DNA of 61,982 bases, the filler included, from Deltaproteobacteria bacterium (lineage in GTDB: Bacteria; JAUYMQ01), in NCBI GenBank assembly GCA_030698575.1. It is 9 parts of 9 records of this genome, joined end to end, with 100 filler letters (N's around TTAATTAATTAA, not from the genome) between each part and the next. Parts side by side here need not be neighbours in the genome. Positions count along the whole stretch, not along the records: positions 46,941 to 49,975 come from JAUYMQ010000500.1; positions 50,076 to 59,199 come from JAUYMQ010000506.1; 7 more parts are not named here. One strand, given 5' to 3'. This document shows positions 48,078 to 59,299 of this stretch, one piece after another; position 1 is the stretch's first letter; every line of letters begins with the position of its first letter. A program made the translations under genes and the position numbers. Below the pieces are notes generated by a model, which worked only from the letters and a program-made list of their open reading frames with translations, was not told where the DNA came from and did not search any database.

Positions 48078-49093
48078 GCTCGCTCGGAGGTGATCGGACG
48101 CAGCGTTCCGATCGCGTCGACCGGTCGGCTCAGATAAACCTCGTCCCAATGGCGAACCATGCAGGTGCCAGCGCGGAAGCCGAGACGGCCGACAGTTATC
48201 GCCTCCCCGTACATCGCGGCCACGAACTGCCCGACCAAGTCGCAACCGGACGCGAGCGACAACGGAAGTCCGCCGGAGAATCGCGGGTTGATTTCGGTGA
48301 AACCGACCGAGTCCCCGTCGATGAAGCCCTGGATGTTTGCCGGTCCCGTGAGCCCGAGACATTGCAGAAGTCCTTCCGCCAGGTCGGCCAGTTGGGGCGC
48401 GCTGAACGTGACGCCTGTTGTGCTGATTCCGGAAGTGGTCGCCAGACGAAAGCGCGGCACGGCGCCGGCCAGGGTTCCGTCAGAAAAAGCAAGGGCGTCA
48501 ATCGTGAACTCCCGGCCGGAAAGACGGTGCTGCAGGATGGGGTCGGGGACCGTCGGCCACGCGGCAAGAACCTCCTCGTCCGTCTCGGCGAGGACTATGT
48601 TTCGCGACCCGCGTCCGAATCGAGGCTTCAGAATCCAGGGGCCGGGAACTTTGGCCAGTGCGTCTTCAACCGAGCCCCAACCGGTGAGTGGAACCGGCTG
48701 GCCCGCCGACTCGGTTGTCTCGGCGAACTTCGCCTTGTCGAGGCATGCCTCGACAGCGGCCTGGGGCGGAAACCAGACCGCGATTCCGGCTGCGTGGAAT
48801 TCAGACTCGCGACCCGCGAGCACGGCAAGCTCCTCCGTCATCGTGCTGACCAGACCGTTCGCCGAGTGATTCCGCGCTACCTCAAGGAGCGACTCGACAT
48901 ATCTCGGGGCCGTGCAAGGGGGAACGACCGCTAATTCGTTGGCCAGGAACAGGCCGGCACCAAGCGGGTTGACGTCGACGCCTACCGTCGAGACCCCCAT
49001 GCCTCGGAGGGAGCGGATTACCGCGATACCGGCGGGCCCCCCGGCGCCCGTTACGAGGATCTTCTTTGTCGCGTTAGTCGACATGCGCGTCAT
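48074..49093 (-). CDS. ATP-grasp domain protein (carbamoyl-phosphate synthase-like)
   Basis: ILVTGAGG, CLDK, KPRFGRGSR, GREFTID and EINPRFSGG motifs. Confidence 0.88.
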   Translation of the reverse strand: MTRMSTNATKKILVTGAGGPAGIAVIRSLRGMGVSTVGVDVNPLGAGLFLANELAVVPPCTAPRYVESLLEVARNHSANGLVSTMTEELAVLAGRESEFHAAGIAVWFPPQAAVEACLDKAKFAETTESAGQPVPLTGWGSVEDALAKVPGPWILKPRFGRGSRNIVLAETDEEVLAAWPTVPDPILQHRLSGREFTIDALAFSDGTLAGAVPRFRLATTSGISTTGVTFSAPQLADLAEGLLQCLGLTGPANIQGFIDGDSVGFTEINPRFSGGLPLSLASGCDLVGQFVAAMYGEAITVGRLGFRAGTCMVRHWDEVYLSRPVDAIGTLRPITSERA

Positions 49094-49442
49094 CGTGCCA
49101 GCTTCGGTATGCGGCACACCACTCGCGCAGCTCACTCGTTGCCCGACTGGAAGTCGGTTCCCATGCCCGGGCCCGCACGGCGTCGGCAACAGCCTCAAGC
49201 ACGCTACCGTTCTCCTCCCATCGGACCAGCGTCACGAGGTCAGGCGCCGATCGGTGCAGGCCGAACTGGCACCATGCGCGCGCCGCGGCCGCCCGCTCAT
49301 CCGGTGCCGGGTCTTCCAGCAGGCGACGAAAGTGCGCCCGAGTCCGTCGGCGCCGCAGCTGGCGATAGCAGACAGCGGCAACAACAACGGCAAGCGCGAC
49401 GGCAGCGACCGCAAGTCTCCACGCTGGAAGCGATTCGATCAC
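49074..49442 (-). CDS. Small membrane-anchored HEAT-repeat-like protein
   Basis: GTGA overlap with the upstream stop; TM helix then LLEDPAPDERAAAARA. Confidence 0.55.
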   Translation of the reverse strand: MIESLPAWRLAVAAVALAVVVAAVCYRQLRRRRTRAHFRRLLEDPAPDERAAAARAWCQFGLHRSAPDLVTLVRWEENGSVLEAVADAVRARAWEPTSSRATSELREWCAAYRSWHDDAHVD

Positions 49443-49975
49443 GTCTGCGCCGACCGCGCGGTCTTCGCCCACTGGTAGCCCTTGCCGCGAACGCCGTTGA
49501 ACCAGGAGTGGGCACAGGTGAAGGCGAAGGCGATGATCACGGGAAGAAGTATCCCGATCATCCATGCATGGCGGGGCCTCGCGTCAGGCGTTTGCAGGAG
49601 GCCAACCGCAATTGGGAGGAAAGGCCCCAGCATGAGGATCGGGACCAGGACGAGGATCCACTCTGGCGGGGCGATCCCTATGCCAAAGAAAAGGTAGGGA
49701 ATGGCGAAGAAGGAGAAAAACGTCGCCACGGGCACATGGTAGAGCCAAAGGAACATCGTGGTTTCGATCTTCTCAAGTAAGCTCAGGTGAGATGTGCGCC
49801 AAGAGGGGCGAAGGTAGTCGCGCCAGACCTGCTGATGTCCGAACGCCCAGCGATACCGCTGCTTGCGGTACTTGACCAATGTGGTGACCGCCTGCTCATA
49901 ATCGAGCGCCGAAATGTCATAGCGAACTCTGTAGCCGCTGAGGATTAGCCGAAGAGTCAGGTCAGTGTCCTCGGT
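49439..49975 (-). CDS. Processive GT2 (cellulose/PNAG synthase-like), C-terminal fragment
   Basis: TEDTDLTLRL and QRYRW (QxxRW) followed by TM helices; frame open to the contig edge. Confidence 0.88.
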   Translation of the reverse strand, partial: TEDTDLTLRLILSGYRVRYDISALDYEQAVTTLVKYRKQRYRWAFGHQQVWRDYLRPSWRTSHLSLLEKIETTMFLWLYHVPVATFFSFFAIPYLFFGIGIAPPEWILVLVPILMLGPFLPIAVGLLQTPDARPRHAWMIGILLPVIIAFAFTCAHSWFNGVRGKGYQWAKTARSAQT

Positions 49976-50075
49976 NNNNNNNNNNNNNNNNNNNNNNNNN
50001 NNNNNNNNNNNNNNNNNNNTTAATTAATTAANNNNNNNNNNNNNNNNNNNNNNNNNNNNNNNNNNNNNNNNNNNN

Positions 50076-51179
50076 GACGGGATCCCTCGACGCGTTGTCC
50101 ACCAGGATGATCTCGAGGCCGGCGGTGCGGCACGCGCGCAGGCTCTCGATGCATTCGAGCGTGTCATCGAGGCGGTTCCACGCAAGCACCACAGCCGCCA
50201 CGCGCGGCCGTCGCGCCCCTTCGGCGAGCGGTGGGGCAGGGCGCGCGCCCGGATGATCGGGGCGCGCGCCAAACACGCGGCGACGGCTGTCGCGCAGCCC
50301 CTCGCGCACGGCGGTCATGCGCGCGCGCCGGTCGGGGCCGCGAAGCGCCCGCAAGTAGTTGAAGAGCGTGACCGCCAGGCGACGGCCCGCTCCGGCCGCC
50401 CCCCGCATCGGCGCGTTTCGCTGGAGGCAACGCAGGTGGTTGCGCGCGCCGTAGTAGGACGTGAGCGCAGCGCGTCCGGCCGTCGCGCTGCCTGCCGCCC
50501 GGCTCCCCTTGGCGCGGTGCCTTGCTTCGGCGCCGCGCAGCAGCGCCACACGGAGCCCGGCCGCGCGCGCGCGGAGGCACCAGTCGACTTCCTCGAAGTA
50601 GCAGAAGTACTCCGGGCGAAGGAGCCCCACGCGCCGGATCAGCGCGGCCGTGGCAAGAAGCGCCGCGCCGCTGAGCGCGTCGACGTCTTCCAGATCGGCG
50701 TGCCCCGCCGGTCCGGGCAGCGCCGGAAGCCTGGGCCGCCCGTGATGGCGGAGGCGCATCCTTCCCGTGCGAAGGTTGAAGCGGATGCCCGCCGACTCGA
50801 TCCGGTGAGGCGGCGATGCGCTGCGAATGACGGGGCCGACGAGCCCGATCCCGGGCTGCGCCACCAGGCAGGCCTCGAGCCGTTCGAGGCAGGCGCGATC
50901 GAGCGTGGCGTCGTTGTTCAGCAGCAGCACCGCCTCGGCGCCCCGCGCGAGCGCAAGCGTCATGCCGCGATTTTGGCCCCCCGCGAACCCGAGATTGGCC
51001 CCCTGCCGCTCGAGGAGGACGCCCGCCTCGCCCGCGCGCCCCTGGTCGAGAGGCTCCTCGGACGCGTTGTCGATGACGACGATCCCTTCCGGCGGGCGCG
51101 TCTGCTCCCTGAGCGAGGCGATCGCGGCCCAGGTGTCGGCTGCGGCGCCCCAGTGAAGAATGCTCGCCCAGATCTTCAA
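50076..51179 (-). CDS. GT2 glycosyltransferase with the start of a second GT2 domain, 3'-truncated
   Basis: IDNAS, NLGFAGGQN, LLNND and YFEEVDWC, then VVLAWN...LVDNAS. Confidence 0.85.
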
Positions 51180-52411
51180 ACCCGCTCCCCCCGCGCAGAG
51201 TCTCTTGCTTGCGCCGACGCTTCGCGATAGCCCGCGATCACCTGCCGGGCCACGGCCCCGGGATTCATCTCGCGGGTCACGCCTTCCGCCCCGCGGGCCG
51301 CGCGCGCGCGGCTTCCCGCCTTATCAGTCAGCGCCTCGCGAATGGCGCCTCGCAGCGCCTCAGCGCTGCCGCCGTCCACCACGTATCCGGCATCCCAGGC
51401 CCGAACCTGCTCGGCGCACCCCGTTCCCTCACTGACCACGGGCACCGCGCCCGCCAGAAGCCCCTCCATCGGCGCGAGCCCGAAAATCTCATGCTCCGAT
51501 GGGAGCGCCACGATCTCGGCATCAGCCAGCGCCTCACGGCGGCTTCCGCCGTCGAGAGGGCCCGTGAAGACGACGCGGTTTCCGAGTCCTCCGGCGCTCG
51601 CGGCGCGGCGAAGATCCGCGAGAGCGCCGCCGTCCGGACCTGCCACCGCAAGGACGACGTCAGGAAGCGGCGCGACGGCCTCGAGAAGAATCGCCACCCG
51701 CTTGTTCGGCGTGATCCGCCCGAGGAAGAGGACCAGGCGCGCTTCCGCGGAAATGTGATGCTTCCGGCGAAAGATCCCCGGCTCCGGCAGCGGAAGGATC
51801 TCGCCGGGCTCGAGCGGGTTGGGCACACGATGCAGGCGCGCCTCTGGAACGCCGAGATCGCAAAGCTGCGCCGTCTCGGTTTCCGAGACCGTGAACACGC
51901 GCGCGGCGCCCTGAAGAATTCCATTTCCCGTGAACCGATCGAACACTTGCTTCATTCCCTGGCGCCTCTCGATGCGCATCGCTGTCCCGTGAGGAGAGAG
52001 AACGAAAGGCAGGGGCGCGCGAGCCCGGGCCACGAATACGGCTGCAAGATGACGGTGCCCGTGGAGGTGCACGGCGTCGAAGTCGCGAGCGTGATTGCGG
52101 GCCCAGTGCCTGAGCCCGAGCGGGAGCGTGACATCGTTCCAGGCGAGCGTGTTGCTCAGGTTCCGGAAGACGATCACCTCAAGCCCCGGGAACGGGATTT
52201 CAGTGCGGCGCGCAACGGGCGTGCCGACGTCGGTGGTGGCGACGGTCACGGCGCATCCCGCGGCCGCCTGCGCGCGGACGAGGCAGGCCACCGCCTCGCG
52301 GATTCCGCCGCCGGCCTGGGAGGGGGGGAAGTAGGGGACCACGTGCAGCACCGAGAGGCCCTCCCCTGGACGGGGCGCCTCGGGCGCGGACGGAGCTGTG
52401 GGTCGGCTCAT
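51176..52411 (-). CDS. GT4 glycosyltransferase
   Basis: LHVVPYFPP, SPHG, LFLGRI..NK and PSEHEIFGL..MEG motifs. Confidence 0.92.
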   Translation of the reverse strand: MSRPTAPSAPEAPRPGEGLSVLHVVPYFPPSQAGGGIREAVACLVRAQAAAGCAVTVATTDVGTPVARRTEIPFPGLEVIVFRNLSNTLAWNDVTLPLGLRHWARNHARDFDAVHLHGHRHLAAVFVARARAPLPFVLSPHGTAMRIERRQGMKQVFDRFTGNGILQGAARVFTVSETETAQLCDLGVPEARLHRVPNPLEPGEILPLPEPGIFRRKHHISAEARLVLFLGRITPNKRVAILLEAVAPLPDVVLAVAGPDGGALADLRRAASAGGLGNRVVFTGPLDGGSRREALADAEIVALPSEHEIFGLAPMEGLLAGAVPVVSEGTGCAEQVRAWDAGYVVDGGSAEALRGAIREALTDKAGSRARAARGAEGVTREMNPGAVARQVIAGYREASAQARDSARGERV

Positions 52412-52726
52412 GCGCGCTCATCTTACCACAGCGGAATCTCCCTTAGAATGACACGCCCCGGCCTCGCGCGGGGCTTGAACTCCCGCACGCAGGCGCCTGA
52501 TTTCGCAAGATGATTGGGTCCAGCCCCGGTCTATCCCGGGGCCCCGCCGGGCCGCCCCGGGCGGGCGGGGGGAAAGGCCGGCGGGGCGCTCAAGCGAGAC
52601 CGCCCGCTGGACGATAGGAAGGGATGCCAGTTCGCGGCCCGGCTGCGGGGCGGAGGCGTCTCCGCTCGCCACTGGGCCTCATCCCGGGGCCGTTTCTCCG
52701 GCCGCTCCGGTGAGGGGAGGGGTAGC

Positions 52727-53863
52727 ATGAGTTCGAAGAATGGGGCGCACGCGACAGCCGGGCGCAGTCGATCACTCGGTGCGTCCGCGATGGCCCTGGG
52801 CGCGCTGCTGCTGGGCCTGGCGGTGGGCGCCACCGCCATCGCGCAGAGCGGCGGAGACACCTACACGGTCAAGAAGGGCGACACGCTGTGGGGCATCTCC
52901 GCCCAGAAGCTCGGCGAGGCGAAGGACTGGAAACAGATCTGGGAGCAGAACCCGCAGATCAAGGATCCGCACTGGATCTATCCGGGTGATCAAATCCAGC
53001 TTGCGGGAGGCGAGAGCGTTCCCGTGGCGGTTGTCGAAGAGGCGCCCATGGCGCTGCCCGCTGAGCCGGGCCCGGAGTCGGTCCGCTATTCGCGTTCGGC
53101 ATCGGCCGGATTTGTAAGCACCGGCGATTTCGGCGAGGTCGGCCACATCACTTCCAGTTTTCACGAAACCGATTACCTTTATGCAGGGCTCGATGTATTC
53201 GTCGACAAGGGCGCCGATGACGGCGTCCGCGTCGGCGACTGGTTTGTCTCCTTCCGGGAAGACGAGCCGGTGGTCCATCCGCGCACGGGGAAGCCCGCCG
53301 GATACCGGGTGGCCGAGACGGGCCATCTTCGCGTCGTTCAGGTGGGCAAGGACAGTTCGCGCGTGCGCATCGAGCGTTCGTTCACCTACCTGCAGCGGGG
53401 TGACAGCGTCACGCCCTTCAAGCCTCTTCCCGAGGAGTTCATCGTGCATCCCGCGCCCCAGGGTGTCGGGGGGACCATCCTCGCGCAGCAGGACGGCCGC
53501 CTGGAAGTGGGTCGGGACGATCTCGTTTACCTCGATCTCGGCCAGAACCAGGGCGTGGACATTGGCGCGCGGCTTGCCGTCTACAACAACGAGGTTCCTT
53601 TTGAGCACGGCAGCGCCGAAGGGATGGGGCTTCCTCCGAACGTGGTTGGCGAGGTGGTGGTGCTTCGCGCGAGCGGAGAGAGCAGCACGGGGCTGCTCAC
53701 GCGATCGACCGATTCGATCCGCGTGGGCGATCGCGTCGCGTCGCTGGCGGATCTGAGCTATCCCGCCTCCGAAGCGGCGGCGATCTCGACCGACAGGGCC
53801 TTTGAGCCGGATCAGGCCGAGGAGAACCTTGCCTTCACGGTGCCATCGACGGACGTCGAGTAG
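52727..53863 (+). CDS. LysM peptidoglycan-binding protein (dprA-adjacent type)
   Basis: Signal peptide, then YTVKKGDTLWGIS...NPQIKDPHWIYPGD. Confidence 0.92.
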   Translation: MSSKNGAHATAGRSRSLGASAMALGALLLGLAVGATAIAQSGGDTYTVKKGDTLWGISAQKLGEAKDWKQIWEQNPQIKDPHWIYPGDQIQLAGGESVPVAVVEEAPMALPAEPGPESVRYSRSASAGFVSTGDFGEVGHITSSFHETDYLYAGLDVFVDKGADDGVRVGDWFVSFREDEPVVHPRTGKPAGYRVAETGHLRVVQVGKDSSRVRIERSFTYLQRGDSVTPFKPLPEEFIVHPAPQGVGGTILAQQDGRLEVGRDDLVYLDLGQNQGVDIGARLAVYNNEVPFEHGSAEGMGLPPNVVGEVVVLRASGESSTGLLTRSTDSIRVGDRVASLADLSYPASEAAAISTDRAFEPDQAEENLAFTVPSTDVE

Positions 53864-53891
53864 GGCCGGGCCGCGCGGGCGCGTGGCCTCG

Positions 53892-53926
53892 GAGCGGGGG
53901 GACGGTTGTCCCCCCGCTCTTTTTTT
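53892..53926 (+). terminator. Rho-independent terminator
   Basis: GAGCGGGGGGAC-GGTT-GTCCCCCCGCTC followed by a T-run. Confidence 0.85.
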
Positions 53927-54049
53927 ACGTGCTTGACGCCGGTGGTCTCGCCGCGATAGCCTTGCCGCCACACTCTCCCCGTCACTCCCCCCTGGACTTC
54001 CACAGCTCTCCCTTTTTCGCGCAAGCCCTGACCCGAGGGTCGCGGGCGC

Positions 54050-55171
54050 ATGGCACCGTCATCGGATCACTTCGCAGCCACAGCCGCGTGGATCGCGCTG
54101 GGCGCGGCGGGCAGGACGCAGGGGAATGTCCTGCGCGAGATTCGCGAACGCCACGGCTCGCCCGCGGGCGTCATCGAACCAGGGGCGGCGGCCGCGCCCG
54201 AGATTGCCGGACTCGATCCGGCTCTCCGCGAGCGGGCGCACAGGCTTCTGGACTGGGCGGGGCGGGAGATTGGCGCCGTTCGCCGGGCAGGCGGCGAGGT
54301 GGTCAGCTATGGTGATGCCGGCTATCCGGCGCTGCTCCGGGAGATTCCTGATCCACCGGCGTGGCTTGCGGTGCAGGGCGAATGGTCCGACGCGGAGGCG
54401 CCCGCGGTGGCCGTCATCGGGAGCCGCAGCGCCTGTCCGGCGGGGGTACGGCGGGGGCGCGAGTGGTCGGCATGGCTCGCCCGTCGCGGCGTCGCGATCA
54501 TCTCCGGCCTGGCGCACGGGGTCGATGGCGCGGCCCATGAGGGCGCCCTCGAGGGGGGCGGGCGAACGGCGGCCGTGCTGGGCTGCGGCCTGGACATCAG
54601 CTACCCGCGGCGGCACCTGACGCTTCGGGAAGCGATCGTTCGCGGGGGCGGCGCGGTCATGAGCGAACTGCCGATTGGAACGCAACCGGCCCCGTGGACC
54701 TTTCCCCGCCGCAACCGGCTCATCAGCGGGCTTGCCCGCGGGGTGCTCGTCATCCAGGCCGCCGAGCGAAGCGGAACTTCGATTACCGCACGGCTCGCGC
54801 TTGATCAGGGCCGGGAGGTGTGGGCGGTTCCCGGCACACCGGAGGATCCGCGGGCGCGCGGAACGAACGCGCTTATCCGGCAGGGGGCGCGTCTTGTCGA
54901 GTCGCCGGAGGAGGTCCTCGGCGATCTGCTGCCCGGTTGGCCGGGCGATATCCCGCCGAAAATGGATGACAGATCGATGATTCAAGCCATGGGCGGTCTG
55001 ACCGAAGAAGAGATGGAATTGCTGGCCGGCCTCAAGGCCGCGCCCGCGGACATCGATACGATTGCGGCCCGCGCGCAGCTGACCATCGAGCAGGCCGCCG
55101 CCACGCTCCTGGATCTCGAGATGCGTGGCGAGGTCAAGCGGCTTCCGGGAATGCGTTTTTCGAAAGCATGA
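54050..55171 (+). CDS. dprA: DNA-processing protein DprA
   Basis: YPALLREIPDPP, IGSR, ISGLAHGVD, FPRRNRLISG and C-terminal wHTH. Confidence 0.96.
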   Translation: MAPSSDHFAATAAWIALGAAGRTQGNVLREIRERHGSPAGVIEPGAAAAPEIAGLDPALRERAHRLLDWAGREIGAVRRAGGEVVSYGDAGYPALLREIPDPPAWLAVQGEWSDAEAPAVAVIGSRSACPAGVRRGREWSAWLARRGVAIISGLAHGVDGAAHEGALEGGGRTAAVLGCGLDISYPRRHLTLREAIVRGGGAVMSELPIGTQPAPWTFPRRNRLISGLARGVLVIQAAERSGTSITARLALDQGREVWAVPGTPEDPRARGTNALIRQGARLVESPEEVLGDLLPGWPGDIPPKMDDRSMIQAMGGLTEEEMELLAGLKAAPADIDTIAARAQLTIEQAAATLLDLEMRGEVKRLPGMRFSKA

Positions 55172-55387
55172 CGGCCATTCACACGGGTGTGACGGCCTTC
55201 GAAGTTTTTTGCGCTAACGCTGGAATTCTCGACGCTCTTGCGGCATCAAGAGGCGCGGAGACTTCGGCGCCGATTTGACAAGCCTCGGGTCGCCTGTATC
55301 TTACCGGCCGCCGCGAGGGGCCGCGTCGCGCGGCTCGAAACCTGAGCGCGCCCCGACCGGGTTGAGGAAAGCGAGGAACGAGAAGCG

Positions 55388-57973
55388 ATGGCAGCAGCGA
55401 GGGCGAGCAAGAAGAAGTCCGGCGATGCGGCCCCGGCAAAGAAGATCGCCCGGAAGCGTCGCACTGCTGGTTCAGCCGCGAAGCCGGGGGCCAAGGGGGC
55501 CGGCGCCCCGAAGCGCGCGGCGCGCACGGCCGCGTCGGGCCGATCCGGCTCGCTCGTCATCGTCGAATCCCCGGCGAAGGCCCGCACGATCAAGAAGTAC
55601 CTAGGCCGCGGCTTCACGGTCGAGGCTTCCGTCGGTCATGTGAAGGATCTTCCCAAGCGGACGCTCGGCGTGGACGTCGATCACGACTTCGCTCCCGTGT
55701 ACGAGGTCATCGAAGGCAAGGCGAAGATCATCGCCAGGCTAATGAAGGCCGCCTCGTCCCGCGAGAACGTCTACCTGGCGCCCGACCCCGACCGGGAGGG
55801 CGAGGCCATCGCCTGGCACATCGCCGAGGAGCTGCGCCCGACCGGAGTGAACATCAAGCGGGTGCTTTTCAACGAGATCACGAAGCCCGCGGTCCAGGCG
55901 GCGCTCGAACACCCGCGGGATCTGAACGAAAATCTCTTCCAGGCGCAACAGGCGCGCCGTGTCCTCGATCGCCTCGTCGGATACCAGATCAGCCCCATCC
56001 TCTGGAAGAAAGTGCGCCGTGGCCTTTCGGCGGGACGCGTGCAGTCCGTGGCGGTCCGCCTCGTCGTCGAGCGCGAGCGCGAAGTCCTTGCTTTCAAGCC
56101 CGAGGAGTACTGGACGATCGACGCGAATCTTCGACCCGAATCGGGATCGGAATTCCTCGCGCGGCTCATCAAGGTTCACGGCCGGAAGCCTGATCTCCCG
56201 GATGGGGCCCACGCCGAACGCATCGCCGCCGAATTGCGGAGCGGCAGCTACATCGTCAAGAAGATCGAGCGCAAGGACCGCAAGCGGAACCCGGCGGCCC
56301 CCTTCACGACCAGCACGCTTCAGATGGAGGCGTCCCGCAAGCTCCGGTTCACCGCCAAGCGAACCATGGGGCTCGCGCAGAAGCTCTACGAGGGGGTGGA
56401 GCTCGGCCAGGAGGGCCCCGTCGGCCTCATCACCTATATGCGGACCGACTCGGTGCGGGTCTCGAACGACGCCCTTCGCGAGGTGCGCGAGGTCATTGTC
56501 GCTCGCCACGGTGAGGACTACCTCCCCGCCCACCCCGTTCACTACAAGACCAAGAAGTCGGCGCAGGATGCGCACGAGGCGGTGCGTCCCACGCTCGTCG
56601 ATCACGATCCGGAGCGGGTCCGCCCCTTCCTCTCGCCGGACGAACTGGCGCTCTACGAGCTTATCTGGAAGCGCTTCGTCGCGAGCCAGATGAAGCCGGC
56701 GGTCTTCGACGCGGTGACCGTGGACGTTCAGAGCGGGAACAACCTGCTCCGTGCCACCGGATCCGTGATCAAGTTCCCGGGATTCATGACTCTCTACCTC
56801 GAGGGCACGGACGATGATGAGGGAAACGGCGCCATGCGCGACCGCGATTCCCGCCAGGGGGCCGAGATGGAGGGCCTCATGCCCGACTTGCGCGAGGGCG
56901 AGGCGCTCACGCTGCTCGAGCTCAAGACGGATCAGCATTTCACGAAGCCGCCGCCGCGGTTCAACGAGGCGACGCTGGTGAAGGAGCTCGAGCAGGACGG
57001 CATCGGACGCCCCTCGACCTACGCTTCGATCCTCTCGACCATCGTTGACAAGCGCTATGTGACGAAGGAAGAGGGCCGGTTTCAGCCGACTGAACTGGGC
57101 AATCTGGTCACCGATCTCCTGGTCACGAACTTCCCCCGCGTCATGGACGTGGAGTTCACGGCGAAGATGGAGGAAAGCCTCGATGAGATCGAGGAGGGCC
57201 GGGGCAACTGGGTCGAAACGCTGCGCCGATTCTGGGGAGACTTCAAGGAGCACGTCGCGAAAGCCAAGATCGAGATGCGCGACGTCAAGACCGAGGTGAT
57301 CAAGGCCGGGCTCTCCTGCGAGAAGTGCAACAAGGACATGCTGATCAAGTGGGGGAAGAACGGCGAGTTCCTCGCCTGCGAGGGATACCCCGACTGCACG
57401 AACACCCGGGAGTTCAAGCGCGTCGACGGCAAGGTCGTGGCCATCGAGCACACCGAGGAGGGGGACGCCTGCGAGAAGTGCGGCAGCGCCATGATCCGCA
57501 AGCGGGGCCGCTTCGGTGAGTTCATCGCCTGCTCCGGATATCCGGACTGCCGCAACACGCGCCCCATCGGCGGCGCGCCGGACGCCGGGAAGCCCTCGGG
57601 GAAGAAGTGCGACAAGTGCAACGGCGACATGGCGCTCAAGATGAGCCGGTGGGGCTCACAGTTCTACGGCTGCATGAACTATCCCAAGTGCAAGGGGGTC
57701 AGGCCGCTGGGAACCGGCGTCTTCTGCCCCGAGCCCGGCTGCGAGGGCGAGATAGTGCAGCGAAGCTCGAAGCGCGGGCGTGTGTTCTACGGTTGCGGAA
57801 AGTATCCGGAATGCAAATTCGTGGTGTGGGAGAAGCCGGTGGCCGAGAAGTGCCCGACCTGCAAGTCCCCCATCTGCGTCGAGAAGTACACGAAGAAGGC
57901 GGGGCGGCACATCCGTTGCGCGAACAAGGAATGTGACTTCATGCGAATCATCGAGGAGGCGGAGGCGGGATAG
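55388..57973 (+). CDS. topA: DNA topoisomerase I with C-terminal zinc ribbons
   Basis: [38 protein letters not shown] and multiple Cys4 ribbons. Confidence 0.98.
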   Translation: MAAARASKKKSGDAAPAKKIARKRRTAGSAAKPGAKGAGAPKRAARTAASGRSGSLVIVESPAKARTIKKYLGRGFTVEASVGHVKDLPKRTLGVDVDHDFAPVYEVIEGKAKIIARLMKAASSRENVYLAPDPDREGEAIAWHIAEELRPTGVNIKRVLFNEITKPAVQAALEHPRDLNENLFQAQQARRVLDRLVGYQISPILWKKVRRGLSAGRVQSVAVRLVVEREREVLAFKPEEYWTIDANLRPESGSEFLARLIKVHGRKPDLPDGAHAERIAAELRSGSYIVKKIERKDRKRNPAAPFTTSTLQMEASRKLRFTAKRTMGLAQKLYEGVELGQEGPVGLITYMRTDSVRVSNDALREVREVIVARHGEDYLPAHPVHYKTKKSAQDAHEAVRPTLVDHDPERVRPFLSPDELALYELIWKRFVASQMKPAVFDAVTVDVQSGNNLLRATGSVIKFPGFMTLYLEGTDDDEGNGAMRDRDSRQGAEMEGLMPDLREGEALTLLELKTDQHFTKPPPRFNEATLVKELEQDGIGRPSTYASILSTIVDKRYVTKEEGRFQPTELGNLVTDLLVTNFPRVMDVEFTAKMEESLDEIEEGRGNWVETLRRFWGDFKEHVAKAKIEMRDVKTEVIKAGLSCEKCNKDMLIKWGKNGEFLACEGYPDCTNTREFKRVDGKVVAIEHTEEGDACEKCGSAMIRKRGRFGEFIACSGYPDCRNTRPIGGAPDAGKPSGKKCDKCNGDMALKMSRWGSQFYGCMNYPKCKGVRPLGTGVFCPEPGCEGEIVQRSSKRGRVFYGCGKYPECKFVVWEKPVAEKCPTCKSPICVEKYTKKAGRHIRCANKECDFMRIIEEAEAG

Positions 57974-58103
57974 CGTGAGACGCGGTCCCGCCCACCGGGC
58001 GCGGATCGCGGCGCGATTGCCATCGCCATCCGACCCGGCTAGTTTCCTGGCCGGGTCTTTCACTTCCAGAAGTCCAGCCAGACCATCTCGATCGGGGGCG
58101 GAA

Positions 58104-59199
58104 ATGTCGGATCAGGCGCTGGTCACGGTCATTGGCGGGGGGCTTGCCGGATGCGAGGCGGCCTTTCACGCCGCCCGCTACCCCGTGCGGGTCGTGCTTC
58201 ACGAGATGAAGCCCGCGGTCTTCTCGCCCGCCCACCAGAGCGCCGATCTGGCCGAGCTGGTCTGCTCGAATTCGCTTCGATCCAATGCCGAAGGGACTCC
58301 CGCGGGGCGTCTCAAGAACGACATGCGCGGCCTCGGCTCGCTCATCATCGGCAAGGCTGACGAATACGCCGTGCCGGCCGGGCAGGCGCTGGCCGTGGAT
58401 CGCGATCTCTTCTCGCGGGCGATCACCGAGCGGATTCTTTCACATCCTCGCATCGAAGTGCGGCGGGAGGAGGTGCGCGAGATTCCCGCCGAGGGGATCG
58501 TGATCATCGCCACGGGGCCGCTGTCCAGCGAAGCGCTCTCGGCACGGATCGGACGGTTGCTGGGGAAGCAATACCTCTACTTCTACGACGCCATCTCGCC
58601 GATCATCTACGCCGATACGATTGACATCTCCGCCTGCTTCCGCGCGTCGAGATACGGCAAGGGCGAAGACGACTATGTGAACATCCCTCTCGACCGGGCG
58701 CAGTACGAGTCGTTCGTGGCGGATCTCCGGAGCGGGGAGACGATCGCGCCTTATGAATTCGAGAAGGCGCTTTACTTCGAGGGGTGCCTGCCGATCGAGG
58801 TTCTCGCCGAGCGGGGAGTCGAGACGCTCGCACACGGCCCGCTGAAGCCCGTGGGGCTCGCCGACCCGCGCACAGGAAAGATCGCGCACGCGGTGGTGCA
58901 GCTTCGCCAGGAGAACAAGGCTGGATCGCTCCTCTCGATGGTGGGCTTCCAGACGAAGCTTCGATACCCGGAGCAGCAGCGGATCTTCCGGAAGCTGCCG
59001 GCCCTCGCCGGCGCGCAGTTCGCGCGCCTGGGATCGGTGCACCGCAACACGTTCATCAACGGGCCGCTCTTCCTCACGCGCGCCCTTCAGCTCCGGAAGG
59101 ATCCCAGGATCCTCTTCGCGGGGCAGATCGCAGGCGTCGAGGGCTACGTCGAATCGGCGGCCCTTGGCATCCTGGCGGGTCTCTGCGCGGGGCGCATCG
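58104..59199 (+). CDS. trmFO: tRNA (uracil-54-C5)-methyltransferase TrmFO/Gid, 3'-truncated
   Basis: [37 protein letters not shown] and GVEGYVES motifs. Confidence 0.96.
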
Positions 59200-59299
59200 N
59201 NNNNNNNNNNNNNNNNNNNNNNNNNNNNNNNNNNNNNNNNNNNTTAATTAATTAANNNNNNNNNNNNNNNNNNNNNNNNNNNNNNNNNNNNNNNNNNNN

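Noticed and set aside
55169-55197. Palindrome TCACACGGGTGTGA flanked by TGACGGCC direct repeats between dprA and topA
   Set aside because: Single short instance with spacing different from the phasin/patatin motif; cannot be told from chance.
52727-59199. LysM-dprA-topA-trmFO cluster as a novel system
   Set aside because: Well-known conserved gene order.
2553-59299. Recurrent TTAATTAATTAA palindrome within N-runs (8 copies)
   Set aside because: Artificial contig linker with stops in all frames, not a biological repeat. ORFs running into X residues are truncation artefacts.
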